Below, piece after piece: positions 1-11,533 of a stretch of 64,000 nucleotides of DNA. The position numbers and the translations under genes were made by a program. How positions within the stretch are numbered: position 1 is the stretch's first letter; each line of letters opens with the position of its first letter. Origin of the DNA: Balamuthia mandrillaris (lineage: Eukaryota); NCBI GenBank assembly GCA_031835245.2, contig JAVKOQ020000034.1, positions 124,001-188,000 of the forward strand, given 5' to 3'. Under the pieces are notes generated by a model. It had not been told where the DNA came from. It did no database searches and saw nothing but the letters and a program-made list of their open reading frames with translations.

Positions 1-164
1 GAGGAAAAACCGTTGGGGAAATTGGCGCTCTCCGCGGAGAACGTTCCCTCGACGTTTACGTCAGCCCTAAATACGGCGTCGCCCTCGGCGTCGAGGACGG
101 GTTCCTGAGCAAGGACAGCAAGGCTGCCAAGCAGGACAAGCGCAAGACAAAGCAAGGCTTTCAT
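1..164 (-). CDS. 5' part of a secreted protein of unknown function (runs off the window)
   Basis: Minus-strand ATG at 164 gives MKALLCLALVLLGSLAVLAQEPVLDAEGDAVFRADVNVEGTFSAESANFPNGFS..., a classic signal peptide, open to the window edge. Confidence 0.7.
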   Translation of the reverse strand, partial: MKALLCLALVLLGSLAVLAQEPVLDAEGDAVFRADVNVEGTFSAESANFPNGFS

Positions 165-821
165 GTGTTTTTTGTGTAGAGCCAACGAGGTCAAACCTGG
201 GAAGGAGAGGAAGACCTGTGGTTGGTTTGTTTGTCGAGAGAGGAGAAAGAATGAAAAAAGAGAAAAACCAACGCTGAGAAAAAATAATTTAAAGGGGGAG
301 AGGCGGCTCTCCGCGAAAAATTATACGGACACGAGCCTGGATAAAAATGAGTGGATGAGCAGTGAAAGGGTAGATAGGAGAGAACAAACCCTTTTTTAGT
401 CACTCTCTTGCAAAGCCAACCAATCACAGCCTCCCATTTTATACTGTCTCCTTTCGCCATTCGCCAAAATATTTCCGGAGGGTTCTGGTTCGAACCGCGG
501 CGATAACAACTTGGTTTTTTTTTGTTTTTCGCCCCAGGGGGTGAGGATGCGAGCGTGTAGGTTCCGGCGGTGCACCAAACAGAGGCACAGCTGCAGTGTC
601 CGCAAAGGCATTGCGTCTTCTTGTGCATTGTTGCGTGGTGGCCAGAAAAGTTTTCGGTGTGTGTGATGAGGCCACAACAAGCCTTGTGGAGGTTTGCATG
701 GTGTTAGAACAGCAGAAAACCAAAACAAAGCCTCGCCTGCACACTCTTTCGCACCTCCTCCGCCTTTGTTTCTGTCAGCAAACGAATGATGAACAAACTA
801 AATAGTTTTAATAATGAAAAA

Positions 822-3419
822 TCAGTTTGTTGTGGCTTCTGCTTCCGCTTCCGCTTGCTGCAAGTAGAGCGCCCAGCCGTGGCTGGAGGGAGGCGCTGGC
901 TCCACGAACCAAGGTGGGATGCTGCTGCCCCAGGGATGCTCCTTTGCGCAGAGAAAGATGTCCCATGCCCTCCTGGGTTATTTTTTGTGGTTGGTTTAAT
1001 GCAGAGCGAAGAGAAGAGGGAAAGAGAGAGAGGAGAGAGAGAGAGAGAGAGAGGAGAGAAAGAGAGCAGCGAAGGAGCAGGAAGGACGAAGAAGAAGCAA
1101 GAAGCAAGAAGAAGAAGAAGAAGCAGCAGCAGAAGAAGAAGAACAAGAACAACAACAAGAAACATACCTGATGTTTATGAGAGCATGCAAGCTTTTGTAA
1201 GCTTGTTCGTAGTACGATGTAAAATAATTATCCTCCACTTCCAGTTCTTCCTCTTCCTCTTCCTCTTCTTCTTCTTCCTCCTCCTCCTCCTCTTCGTTAT
1301 TCACTTCCTTTCGTATCTTCCTCTTTCGAGCGTTGAGTGATTGTTGTTGCAGAAGCAAAAGTTGTTGCTGTTGATATGCTTCTTCCAATTCCTTTTGATA
1401 TCTCTCCATAAACGCGTTTCCACTCCATATCGAGCTTTCTCCTTGCGTTGTTGTTTTTGCATCGTCGTTGTCTTGTGTTTCTGTTTCTGTCTCTTTCTCT
1501 CTCTCGTGTTCATCTTTTGCTTCTTCGATTTCCATTTCTTCTTCTACGACTACTTTCTCCATTTCCGCTTTGCTTTCTGCTTTCTCCTCTGTTTGTTGGT
1601 GCTCTTCTTTTTCTTCTTCCTCTTCCACCTCCTTATTTTCGGATTTGTACGAATGAGCTTCTTCAAAATATCGCGAAAGCACATCTTCTCCTTCGTTTTT
1701 CGTTGCTTCACTTCTTGAAGTTGGTGTGGTTGAATTCGCTAAGATACGTAAATGCAAAAGTACCTCCAACCTTGCCACTATCTCTCGTTCGTGTTCCAAC
1801 CGCTTTTCTTCTCGCTTCCGTTTTCTCATGTGCAAGCGTTGAAGTTGACGTTGCTTCTTCGCCTATTTTCGAGAAACAAAGAAAATAAGAGCAAAGCAGA
1901 AACATAACCAGACGAGAGGGAGATAGGATACCGCGATCTTGGCGCGAAGCTTAACTTCTTCGTCAGCACGAAGTCGTTCGGCTTTGCGTTCTAGTTCCTC
2001 ACTTGAGGGAGCAGTTGCGCGTTGTTTCCTCCACTTCTCCTTCCGTCGTTGTACCCATCGCTAGTTCAATGGGTTTTTTTTTTGAGAATAGGCAGATAAG
2101 AAAAAAAGAAGAGAGAGGAGAGAGGAGAGAGGAGAGAGGAGAGAGGAGAGGAGAGAGGAGAGAGGAGGAGAGAGGAGAGAGGAGAGAGGAGAGAGGAGAG
2201 AGGAGAGAGGAGAGAGGAGAGGAGAGAGAGGAGAGAAGAGAGAAGAGAGAAGAGAGAAGAGAGAGGAGAGAAGAGAGAAGAGAGAAGAGAGAAGAGAGAA
2301 GAGAGAAGAAGAAACAAGAAAGAAGAAAGAAGAAAGGGAACCTTGTTTCGTTCGGCCTTGTGGAGTTTGTGTTTGAAGAGAAGAAAGGATTCTTCATTCC
2401 CGTAGAAAAAGGCAAGACCGTCATCAACGGAGGCTCGGAGCGCGGTTATCTCCTGCTCTAGCTTTTCTTTGTTCTGTGTAGCAAAGAAACGGAGAGAAAG
2501 AAAAAAATGGACCGGCGTGATATAGAAAGAGGAGAACAAAGGTAGAGAGAGAGAGAGAGTGAGAGAGAAGCATAACAGAGAGAAGAGGGCGAAGACAGAA
2601 AAGGTAGCATAGGCGAAAATGAAAGGAGGAAAGAAAAGGCATTCTCCTCCAAGTTCGGACACAACGAAGGCAAAAAAAGGATACCTCCGCTGCTGCCGCA
2701 ACCGCTTCCTCCTCCTTCGCGCGAAGCCTGCCAATGAGCTCGGCGGTGCGCCGTAGCCGCCGCTTGACGTCCTTGCTGGAGCTCCATTCCTCTATCGTCG
2801 TCGCCGCCGTCGTTGCTGGTTGCTCCCGCTAAGAAGGACATGAAAGAGTTGTTTTGAAAAAAGAAAAAAAAAGAAAAAGAAAAATGAAAAAAAAGAAAAA
2901 AAAAGGAAATGAAACCTGAAGAGAAGATGAGAGCGGAAGAGGGTGGCGAGCACAAAAAGCTTTTAACCACGGATCGTGTGGCGGTGTTGTTGCGGCGGTG
3001 TCATCGAAGGAGGGAGAAGGAAAGAGAGAGGGCACAGGGCTCGAGAGGGGTTGCTGCTGAGGGCGGTAATGACGATGGTGGTGGTGGTGCGGAGGATGAG
3101 AGGATGGTGGTGGCGGAGCAAAGGACACAAGAGGTGTTCCTGGAGGCATGAAAAATGGAGGTAATGGAGGAGGAGATGCTCCATGCTGTGGCACTTGGCT
3201 GTAGTAATAGTTGGGAAACGGAGGGGTGGGAGAAGGATGAGAGGAAGGTGTGGCTGCATAGGGAGGATAGGGGTGAGGAGGCAGAGGCAGCGGCGGGGGA
3301 TAACCAAAGGGAGGAAGATGAGCAGGACCGCCGCCGGAGAAGGCAGCGGAAGGAGGGGGATGAGGATGAGGAGAGGTAAACGATTGCCCTCCACCGCCGC
3401 CGCTCTGCCTATCGGCCAT
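822..3419 (-). CDS. PDCD7: U11/U12 snRNP 59 kDa protein / PDCD7 homolog (multi-exon)
   Basis: Pro-rich N-terminus (MADRQ...PPPLPLPPHPYPP), charged coiled-coil middle, spliced C-terminus YYEQAYKSLHALINIR|RAWDIFLCAKEHPWGSSIPPWFVEPAPPSSHGWALYL resembling the PDCD7 C-terminal motif; GT-AG introns at about 2915, 2684, 2340-2065, 1931 and 1167. Confidence 0.75.
2108..2335. repeat. Intronic (GAGAG)n/(GAGAA)n microsatellite
   Basis: Direct inspection; inside a PDCD7 intron. Confidence 0.9.
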
Positions 3420-3748
3420 CTTTTCTTTTTCTTTCCGTTTGTTGGTGCCTTCAGTTCGACTCCCACTGCTGTGACTTACATAAAATAATTTGCCTACGAC
3501 AGCTGTCAGTTCGATTCCCATCAGGTTCCACCCCTTTTTTTTTTTTCGTTATTCTCGAGTCCCCCCGGTTCGAATCCCACCGGGAGCAGGCGACCTGCTT
3601 CTGGGAAAAACCAAGTGGAGGTCGCACGATAGCCAAGAGGGCCAGTGGAAGAAACTTCCGGATGAAACTGTGACAGTTTTGTGTGAGAAGGAGGTGGAAG
3701 GAAGGCAAGGGGGTACCTGGAAAACATCCAGTTGGTGTTGGTGAGGTG

Positions 3749-4136
3749 ATGAGTGATAAGCAACCACCCGCGCTGCCTTTGGGTTCTCGGTCAGGACGGC
3801 GGATTCGGTGGCTGTACCTGGGGCCAGTGGTCGGTGCGCCCATTGTGCATATCAGTTTGGGAACACCTCACTTCGCTTTCAGGTCCTCGTTCTGATTGTT
3901 TCTTGTTTGTTGTTGTTCAACACAGTTGTTTCTACGATGAAAAAGTATCCCGAGAAAAGAAAGTTGTTTTACTGGGCCATCTCCAGCAGCATGGTTGCCA
4001 CTGTTGTGAACCGGCTTTACCTGATGAAGTAAGTTAAGTTTTTATTTTTTTGGTGTTGGTCTGTGACTTTGTTTGTCTCATGGGCAGCATCTCGATGACC
4101 AACACAACCAGAGATGCCAAAATCAACTCGCGCTAA
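3749..4136 (+). CDS. Small (~85 aa) hypothetical membrane protein, 3 exons
   Basis: MSDKQPPALPLGSRSGRRIRWLYLGPVVGAPIVHI|IVSTMKKYPEKRKLFYWAISSSMVATVVNRLYLM|NISMTNTTRDAKINSR* joined through two GT-AG introns. Confidence 0.5.
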
Positions 4137-4243
4137 ACGCGGCCGCGTTTGTTTCATGCCAACGTAACCAACAAGACCGACAACAACCATAGGGGGGCCA
4201 CTCCAAGATGGTGACGGCATCTGAATGGATTTGCGGACTCTCT

Positions 4244-4288
<45 letters not shown>

Positions 4289-4483
4289 ATCGTTTTTACT
4301 TGCTTCCATGTTCCGCATTCTTCTCATGCTTCACATTCTTTTACTTTTCGAAATATTTTACATTATTTTAATATTTTGGATTGTTAAAATTTTTTGAATT
4401 GCTAGCATATTTTTGGCAAACGAAAAAAAATAAAAGAAAGAAAAAAGAAAGTTCAAAAAAAAGACCAAAAAAGCATACACCCC

Positions 4484-6082
4484 ATGTCGTTCTTCATCAA
4501 TTGGGAACAGCTGACCGAGGAACACGCCCAACGGGCCAAGGACTACCTCAACGACTTTTTCGCTGGCAAAGCGCTCGCCGCGAAGAAACCCGACTTTGTG
4601 GGCGAGATCGCCATCACCGCCCTCAGCTTTGGCACCAAACCGCCCCGCGTGCAGGTGCTCAGCATTTCTGATCCCGAGCCACTGCCCGTCCAGAACACAA
4701 ACGAGAAGCACGACAACAACAAGAAGAAGACGAATGACGGACCCTCTTCTGCTTCTTCACAACGATTGTCCCACTCTGTTTCTGACTTTCGTCGTCGTCA
4801 TTCTTATGGGGATAGCCACACTATAGCAGCAGCAGCTCATCAGCCGCAAATTTCCTCTTCTTCTTCTTGTTCTTCTTCTTCTTCTTCTTCTTCTTCTTCT
4901 TGTTCTTCTTCTTCGGCTTCTGGTGATGCGGATCAGCATTCACAACAACAACAGCAACAACAGAGAAGAAGAGCGTCCGTAGCCTCTCATCCCCATCCGA
5001 ATCCGACTCCTGCGTCCTCTTTGATGAGGAGGAGACCGCTTCGGCTAAGAGGCAACTTTGTGGCGGGCGCTCTGCCGTTGTTGCTATCTCGGACGGTCTC
5101 TCTTCCGCCGCTTCCTCTACCTTTGGGACGTTCACATCCTACTCCCTCTCCACATCCTTCTCTTCTTTCGCCTTCTTCACAACCCTCTCTTTCTTCTTCT
5201 TCTTCTTCTTCTTCTTCTTCTTCTTCTTCTTCTACTACTACTACTACTACTGAAGCTTCTCCAGTTCTTTCCGCTTCTGCTTCTGCTTCGCTTTCCTCGT
5301 CCTCACCATCATCTCCTTCGTCATCACCATATTGTTCTCTTTCCTCTTCATCGTCGTCATCTTCACAAAGACAAAGACTACGACCTCCTCGACCGAGTCG
5401 CAACCACAAAACAACAACAAAAGAAGAGCACTACACAGAAGAACAAAAACACAAAAACAGAGGAGAACGAGACGTGGAAGTGAAAGTCTTGTTGGAATAC
5501 CAAGGAGATGCCAGCATGACCATTCGCACGGAGCTCCTCGTGAATGTGCCGGTACCCCGCTTCATCCGTTTGCCCTTGGAGCTCACCGTCTCTCAGTTTG
5601 TGGCCTGTGGCGTGGCCGTTGTTTCTTTCCAAGAGGGACGAGCCACTTTACGTTTTGAGCGCGAAGAAGAAGATGAAGAAGAAGAGAAAGCAGAGCAAGG
5701 AGAACAAACACACGTAAAGGGTTACGACGATGAAGAAATAGAAGATGATGAAGAGGAAGAAGAGGAAGAAGATGCAAAAGGGAGCAAGCGGTTCAGGAGA
5801 AGGAAAAGAATGACGACGGGGCCGTTGAAGATGGTGAGAATGGACCTGTCCATCGGCGACGCCAACCAAGGCGTGTTGAAGAACGTGAAAAATCTGGAGG
5901 ACTTCATATTGGAGCAGCTGCGAAAGAAGCTCAACGAGACGCTCGTTTCTCCCTCGTACATTGTTATTTACGAGGAGAAAGAAGGAGCAAAAGAAGAAGT
6001 GGCAGAGAAAGGGGGTGAAGATGATGCAAAATGGAAGCAACACCAAGGCCGTAAGCAAGCGCCTGGAGTTGCATTTGGGTGA
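4484..6082 (+). CDS. MDM12: ERMES subunit Mdm12-like SMP-domain protein
   Basis: 532-aa ORF; N-terminus MSFFINWEQL...KPDFVGEIAITALSFGTKPPRVQVLSISDP and C-terminal LEYQGDASMTIRTELLVNVPVPRFIRLPLELTV...IGDANQGVLKNVKNLEDFILEQLRKKLNETLVSPSY match the Mdm12 SMP pattern; long Ser-rich insertion. Confidence 0.85.
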   Translation: MSFFINWEQLTEEHAQRAKDYLNDFFAGKALAAKKPDFVGEIAITALSFGTKPPRVQVLSISDPEPLPVQNTNEKHDNNKKKTNDGPSSASSQRLSHSVSDFRRRHSYGDSHTIAAAAHQPQISSSSSCSSSSSSSSSSCSSSSASGDADQHSQQQQQQQRRRASVASHPHPNPTPASSLMRRRPLRLRGNFVAGALPLLLSRTVSLPPLPLPLGRSHPTPSPHPSLLSPSSQPSLSSSSSSSSSSSSSSTTTTTTEASPVLSASASASLSSSSPSSPSSSPYCSLSSSSSSSSQRQRLRPPRPSRNHKTTTKEEHYTEEQKHKNRGERDVEVKVLLEYQGDASMTIRTELLVNVPVPRFIRLPLELTVSQFVACGVAVVSFQEGRATLRFEREEEDEEEEKAEQGEQTHVKGYDDEEIEDDEEEEEEEDAKGSKRFRRRKRMTTGPLKMVRMDLSIGDANQGVLKNVKNLEDFILEQLRKKLNETLVSPSYIVIYEEKEGAKEEVAEKGGEDDAKWKQHQGRKQAPGVAFG

Positions 6083-6322
6083 CTAAGTTGGTACGCCCTC
6101 TTTGTGGTTTTAGGTTGGCTCGTTCGAACTTAACGCCTCATAGTTTGAACATCGTAACAGAGCCCTGGTATGGTTACATCAGAGGAGGAAGAAGGAAAAA
6201 AAAACAAGAAGACAAAGCTAGCGCAGAACTCTCAAGAGGATAACAACGTGAGGAAAGAGAACGAAAGACTGGTTCATCAAAAGGACAAGTCACTATACTG
6301 ATAGCTGAATATAAACTTACTT

Positions 6323-8507
6323 CTATTCGCGGAGATGCCGTTCGAGACTTCTTGCCCGTTCATAAAGCGCACGAAGAGGTTTACGCTAACAAACATATTT
6401 TTTAGCGCATAGCCCAAACGAAAACAAACAAAAAAAAAACAATAGAAGTACCTTGGACTCTAAGCAAGCTTGTATCAGCTCGAGCTTCCAAAGTTTCGGA
6501 CAAGCATTCCTCAAACGTTCAAACACCACTTCGTCCGCCTCCTCGCTTGTCATCTCGGATGGGATCACATCCTCCTCCGCCAAAGACTGCATCCAACGAG
6601 GGTGAGCCAAAGCCAACAACTCCACGTCCACTCTGAGAGTCAACAGCCCATTTGCTCGCTCTAGGATGTGCCACAAGGCTTGATAATGAGGAAGATGACT
6701 GATGAAGAGAATGCGTTGTGGTTTCTCGCTCTCTTCTTCTTCTTCTTCATCTTCATCTTCTTCTTCATCACTGCCAGATGATGAGCCATCGTCGTCGTCA
6801 TCACCATCGATTGCAGGAAGTGTTTGTATGGAGAGAGTTTGTAGTTGGGGAAGAGAAGAAAGCAGTTCGAGATGAAAGACGTCTTTTGCCCCTCCATCTT
6901 TGTCTTCTTCAGTTGTCAGTTCGTTGCCGTTATAGTGAACAAACTTTCGTAGGAGTTGTTGATAGATGTGCTGTTTGCGTTCATCGTCTTCATCTTCTTC
7001 TGGTGGTGGTACAGCAAGCCAGAACACCAGTTGAACAAGTGCTGGAAGATTAAGAGTCACGTTGTTTAGCCTGTGGGACTTGCGTTGTTAATGGTAGAAG
7101 AGAAGAGACAGTCGGACTTAAACATTAAAAAAACGAACCTCGGAGCGATGTCCACGTGAAGGCTTTGCAACTTGGGGCAATCCAAACGAAGCACTTGCAG
7201 GAATTCCATGTCGTACAGCTTGAATGTGCGAAGGTTGGGACAGGACAAGCTCAACTCCACCACGTGCCACGTTCGTTCCATGCTTAGGTGTTGCACAGAG
7301 ATTGGACAGCTCTATTATAATTAACAAAAAAACGAACACAAGTTAACACATGAGAATAAAAACAGACAAAAGATACGCTTTAGCGTAGATGCAGAACCTG
7401 AATGACGATGGCTTCTTCTGGCACAAGCGTTCTGCTGGCGGGTCCAGCGTAACCGCAGCTGTCATGTTGGCACCAAAGATCCACCAACGAAGGCACGTTG
7501 TTCTTTGAGCTATCGGACAGAGTGGTTAACGCATGCTCCGACATCAACGAGCAGTTGTCCAGTTGGATCTGGCACAAGTTGGGGCAATCAAGCTCAAACT
7601 CTACCAGCTGCAATGAAAGTAAATCAACGTGAAGGAGGACGAGGAGGAGAAGAAGCAGCAGAAGAGGAACATGAAGAAGAAGAAGAAGAAGAACAAGAAC
7701 AAGAAGAAGAACAGACCTTATGCCAATGGATCAATCGGATAGAACGGAGGGAGTGATGACGAAGACGAAAGCTGGTAAGGAAATGATTGTTAAAGCCGAT
7801 GAACTCAACAAGTTTCGGTGTGACTGTGCCTAAGGCTTCTATCCATGCTGTTGTAACTATTCTCATGAAGATAGATACCTTGTAAGCTGCATGGGTGGTG
7901 CATGAAGGAACAGAAGAGAGAAGAAAGGAGGGAGAGAGAACAGAGAATTGAAGAGGGCGGATCACAACAAGTAGAATAGAATAAATAAAGCACAGGAGAA
8001 AGAAGCACCATGATCAGTATTCATGATATTCAACGTAACCAAGTTCGCGAACTGGTTCAACACTATCGGCTCTGAGCTCTGGTACCCGTCAAACGTTACA
8101 TCAGTGGATTCGAGGCGCTGACACAGATGGGGATACAGCTCTCCGTCCTTGACATCCACAAAGTTTCCTGAAGCAAAGCAAAAGTGGGGTCTCTGTTGCA
8201 AAAACGTGTCTAAATATTTACACTATAAAGAGCACGTGTATTGAATGTTAGGAAACTAGCATGCCTCTAAAATACAAAATAAAGCAAACAAAAAAAATGA
8301 GAATGGTTTTTGTACCTCTTCGTCGGTGAAGTGGTGCTTTCTAGGGAGAGGATGTTGGGCCACCGAACGGACGGCGAGTGATCGCAACAGAGGGAACAGC
8401 CAACGCTTCGAGAGCTCCTCTAACATTTCTGGTAACAACTTTAAACGCCATTAATAATGTAAAGGGCGAGGAGGAGGAGGAGGAGGAGGAGGAGGGAGGA
8501 GGAGGAG

Positions 8508-8542
<35 letters not shown>

Positions 8543-11169
8543 AAGAGAAGAGAAAGCGAGCAGGAAGCGCACAGTATTGATATCAAGCTTTTGCAAAGTG
8601 GATCCATGCAAAAGCAGAGTCTTCCACAGGTCCAACTGTTACATAACAATAATAAGAAAAATAGCAAGAAAAACTGATCACATGGTGAACAAAGGAAGGT
8701 AGGACCTGCGCAGGTTCCATTCCAAAAGCAGTGCACGAGAACAAACGCAACTTTGGGCAGTTGATGTCGAATGCAACGCGTCGGGCATTTGTGATATAGA
8801 GCTTCTCCAAGCTCTTGGAATGAAGGGTAACGAAGGTCCCATCTACCAACGAAAGGCGCAACGTGCGAAGGTTGGGGCAAGATGGCCCAATTTCCTTTAT
8901 GACCTGTTCGTTTAGGCAAATATTGATACCTGCAGAAGGAGAGAGAGAGGAGTTTAGTACTTATTGGACGTGAAGTCTGCAAGAAGGAACAAGAAAGCCA
9001 ACACAAAGCACACAAGAAAAGAACAGCGAAAGAAGTTTTACTAACGGCCCCGCCTAATCCTAAACGCATGCAGACCAACGTTATTACGGAGGATGGAAAC
9101 AAAGCTCTCCCTTTGAGTGGGGATGTCGTTCATGCATTCAGCAGTGAAGGAACAGGAATCCATGCTGTAGCTGACCAGGTTTGTGCAACATCGAGCAATC
9201 GTGGGCAGCACGTGAGGTTGTAAGTCCACAAAATACAGGGAGAGCTTCGTGAGATTGCACAAACTAGGCTCCAACGGGTCGAAATAGTACTCAGCTCTTT
9301 TTGTTTTTCAAAAACCAAATAGTGTTTTTTTTGAGTGAAACAAAACGAACAAGTAAAAGGAGTTAAAGACTTACGACAAAGGGCCATCACAACTGCCCTC
9401 GTCCCACATGTATTCTCTAAGACAAGGGCTCTGCCTTAAGGCCAAGAGAACGTTTTTATATTCAGTACTGTCGATGGTGATTCGTTCGAGGGAGGGGCAA
9501 TGGGAAGCTAAGGCTGCCAGTTGATAGTCGGACAGTAACTCATTTGACAAATCCACAATTCTCAACTTGTTGCAATTCTACATAAGAAAGAACAGGTGCT
9601 TCCGTAAGTGCACAACGGGTGGAGAGGCGGAAGAAAAACAAGAAAGAAGACAGAAGAGCGAGCAGATGTACGGCAAACACATGAGCCAGCCCTTCAGGAT
9701 GACTGTTTGGCATTTCGGTTCGATCCATAAGTAATACTTCTAATTCATGAAGCTTGCCAAGATCTTGAAGAGAGAGGGAAGTGCATGGGAGGGAGAAAGA
9801 GAGATAGATTGAGAGGAGTAAGCAATATTATGAACCAAAGAGAAAGAGAGATAGAGTGGTAGAGAGGTGAAAGGAAAGAGATATGATCTACCGTCAATAA
9901 TACATTTGGTGAACTTCACATTGCATATGTCCAAGTGCTGCAACAAAGTACAATACTCCGCCGCCACTGTTATAGCGACACCACAGAGACAAAAGACGCA
10001 AACGAGAACAAAGCACGAATTAAAAGTGATGCAAAAAAACATTCGGAACGAACTACGAACGGTGGATGGTGGCAGAGTCTATGGGAACAAATGCCAAAGA
10101 CAACGAGGTAAGATTTGAACAATGGGCAAGAGAGCGTAAACCATTGTCCGTTAGATATTCGCAATCTTTTACCGAGAGCAACAGATAGATTACAACATGA
10201 GCGTTAATGAAGAAGAGAAGAGAAGAGAAGAGAAGAGAAGAGAAGAGAAGAGAAGAGAAGAGAAGAAGAAGAAAGAAGAAAGAGAAGAGAAGAGAAGAGA
10301 AGAGAAGAAGAGAAGAGAAGAGAAGAGAAGAAGAGAACGATGAAGAGAAGAGAAGAGAAGAGAAGAGAAGAAAGAAGAGAAGAGAAAGAAGAGAAGAGAA
10401 GAGAAGAGAAGAGAAGAGAAGAGAAGAGAAGAGAACGATGAAGAAGAACGATGAAGAGAAGAGAAGAGAACGATGAAGAGAAAGAAGAAGAGAAGAGAAG
10501 AGAAGAGAAGAGAAGAGAAGAGAAGAGAAGAGAAGAGAAGAGAAGAGAAGAGAAGAGAACGATGAAGAGAAGAGAAGAGAACGATGAAGAGAAGAGAAGA
10601 GAACGATGACGTGAAGAGAACGATGAAGAGAAGAGAACGACGAAGAGAAGAGAAACGGAAAAGGGTGACGAAGAATAAGTACGCGAAAGGTTGAGAGAGC
10701 ATAGTTGGGTGGTGCGAGCCCTCAAAATGGCGTCCACTTGCTCATCTAACAGCTGCCGGCACTCAGAAAGGTCCAAATGGATCGTCCGGACGGCGGTGGA
10801 GGCGAGGAGAGAAGGAGCCTCGGAGGATAAAGCGGCGGTGAGCAGAGAGGCGTCGAGAGCGGAGCGGTCGGAAAAGTCGAGATGGACCTGAGCGGGGCCG
10901 ACGAAGAGGTTGGAAGAAAACAAGCAAGGCAAGACCTCGGCCAGCCGGTTGCTCTGCGTCCAGTGCGAGAGGAGCCGTTCCAAAAGGTCCGGGAGAAGAA
11001 CGGTTTGGGGTTCCTCCTCGTGTTCTTGTTTTGCATTCGCAGCACCGTAAGAAGAAAGAAAGTCAGCAAAGGCGTCCATGCAGAGCCATTGTAAGGAAGG
11101 TATGGCGGCTTTTCTGTAGGTCGTCCATGTTGCCGGTGAGGGCGGCGATGAGGGTGGTACCGCTTCCAT
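6323..11169 (-). CDS. Large leucine-rich-repeat protein (FBXL/AMN1-like cysteine-containing LRRs), many exons
   Basis: Collinear minus-strand exons with LRR units (LDLSECRQL, LCSLNLS, HCPSLERITI, CPKLRLFS, CPNLCQIQLDNC, CPNLRTFKL, CPKLQSLHV) and N-terminal IPSLQWLCMDAF. Confidence 0.75.
10208..10655. repeat. Intronic compound (AGAAG)n + GAAGAGAACGAT satellite
   Basis: Direct inspection; inside an intron of the LRR gene. Confidence 0.9.
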
Positions 11170-11533
11170 TCCGCGATTCCCTCCTTCCTGCTTCCCCAGC
11201 GTTACTGGCGGCAGGGCGGTCAAAGAGAAGAGACAGGACAGGAGAGAAGTCGACAAATATGTTTCGTGACGACACGCTATTTAGTGACGTAAGCGTAAAT
11301 ATCACAGGACGACATGACGCTGCCGACGTGGATCAGGAGTGCCGCCTGCTTTCATGGCTGAAACATTCGCTTCACCGATTGTTAATTCTTTCTCCTCCTC
11401 TCCTCTCCTCTCCTCTCGTCTCGTCTCGTCTGTCTCATCTCTCTGTCCCGGTCCATTTCTGTGGGAGAAGAACTCGCGAGTTGCCCGCTGCGCACATTTC
11501 GTTTTTTTCTGTTGAAAGGACGAAGACCCAAAA

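Noticed and set aside
1999..2461. ORFs such as (SSLL)n, (REEKR)n and poly-F/L/S here and at 10.2, 33.2, 49.0, 50.9 and 52.7 kb
   Set aside because: They are stop-free translations of intronic microsatellites, not proteins.
3540..3600. Possible tRNA at GGTTCGAATCCC
   Set aside because: No D-arm, anticodon arm or acceptor stem can be paired; kept only as a B-box-like finding.
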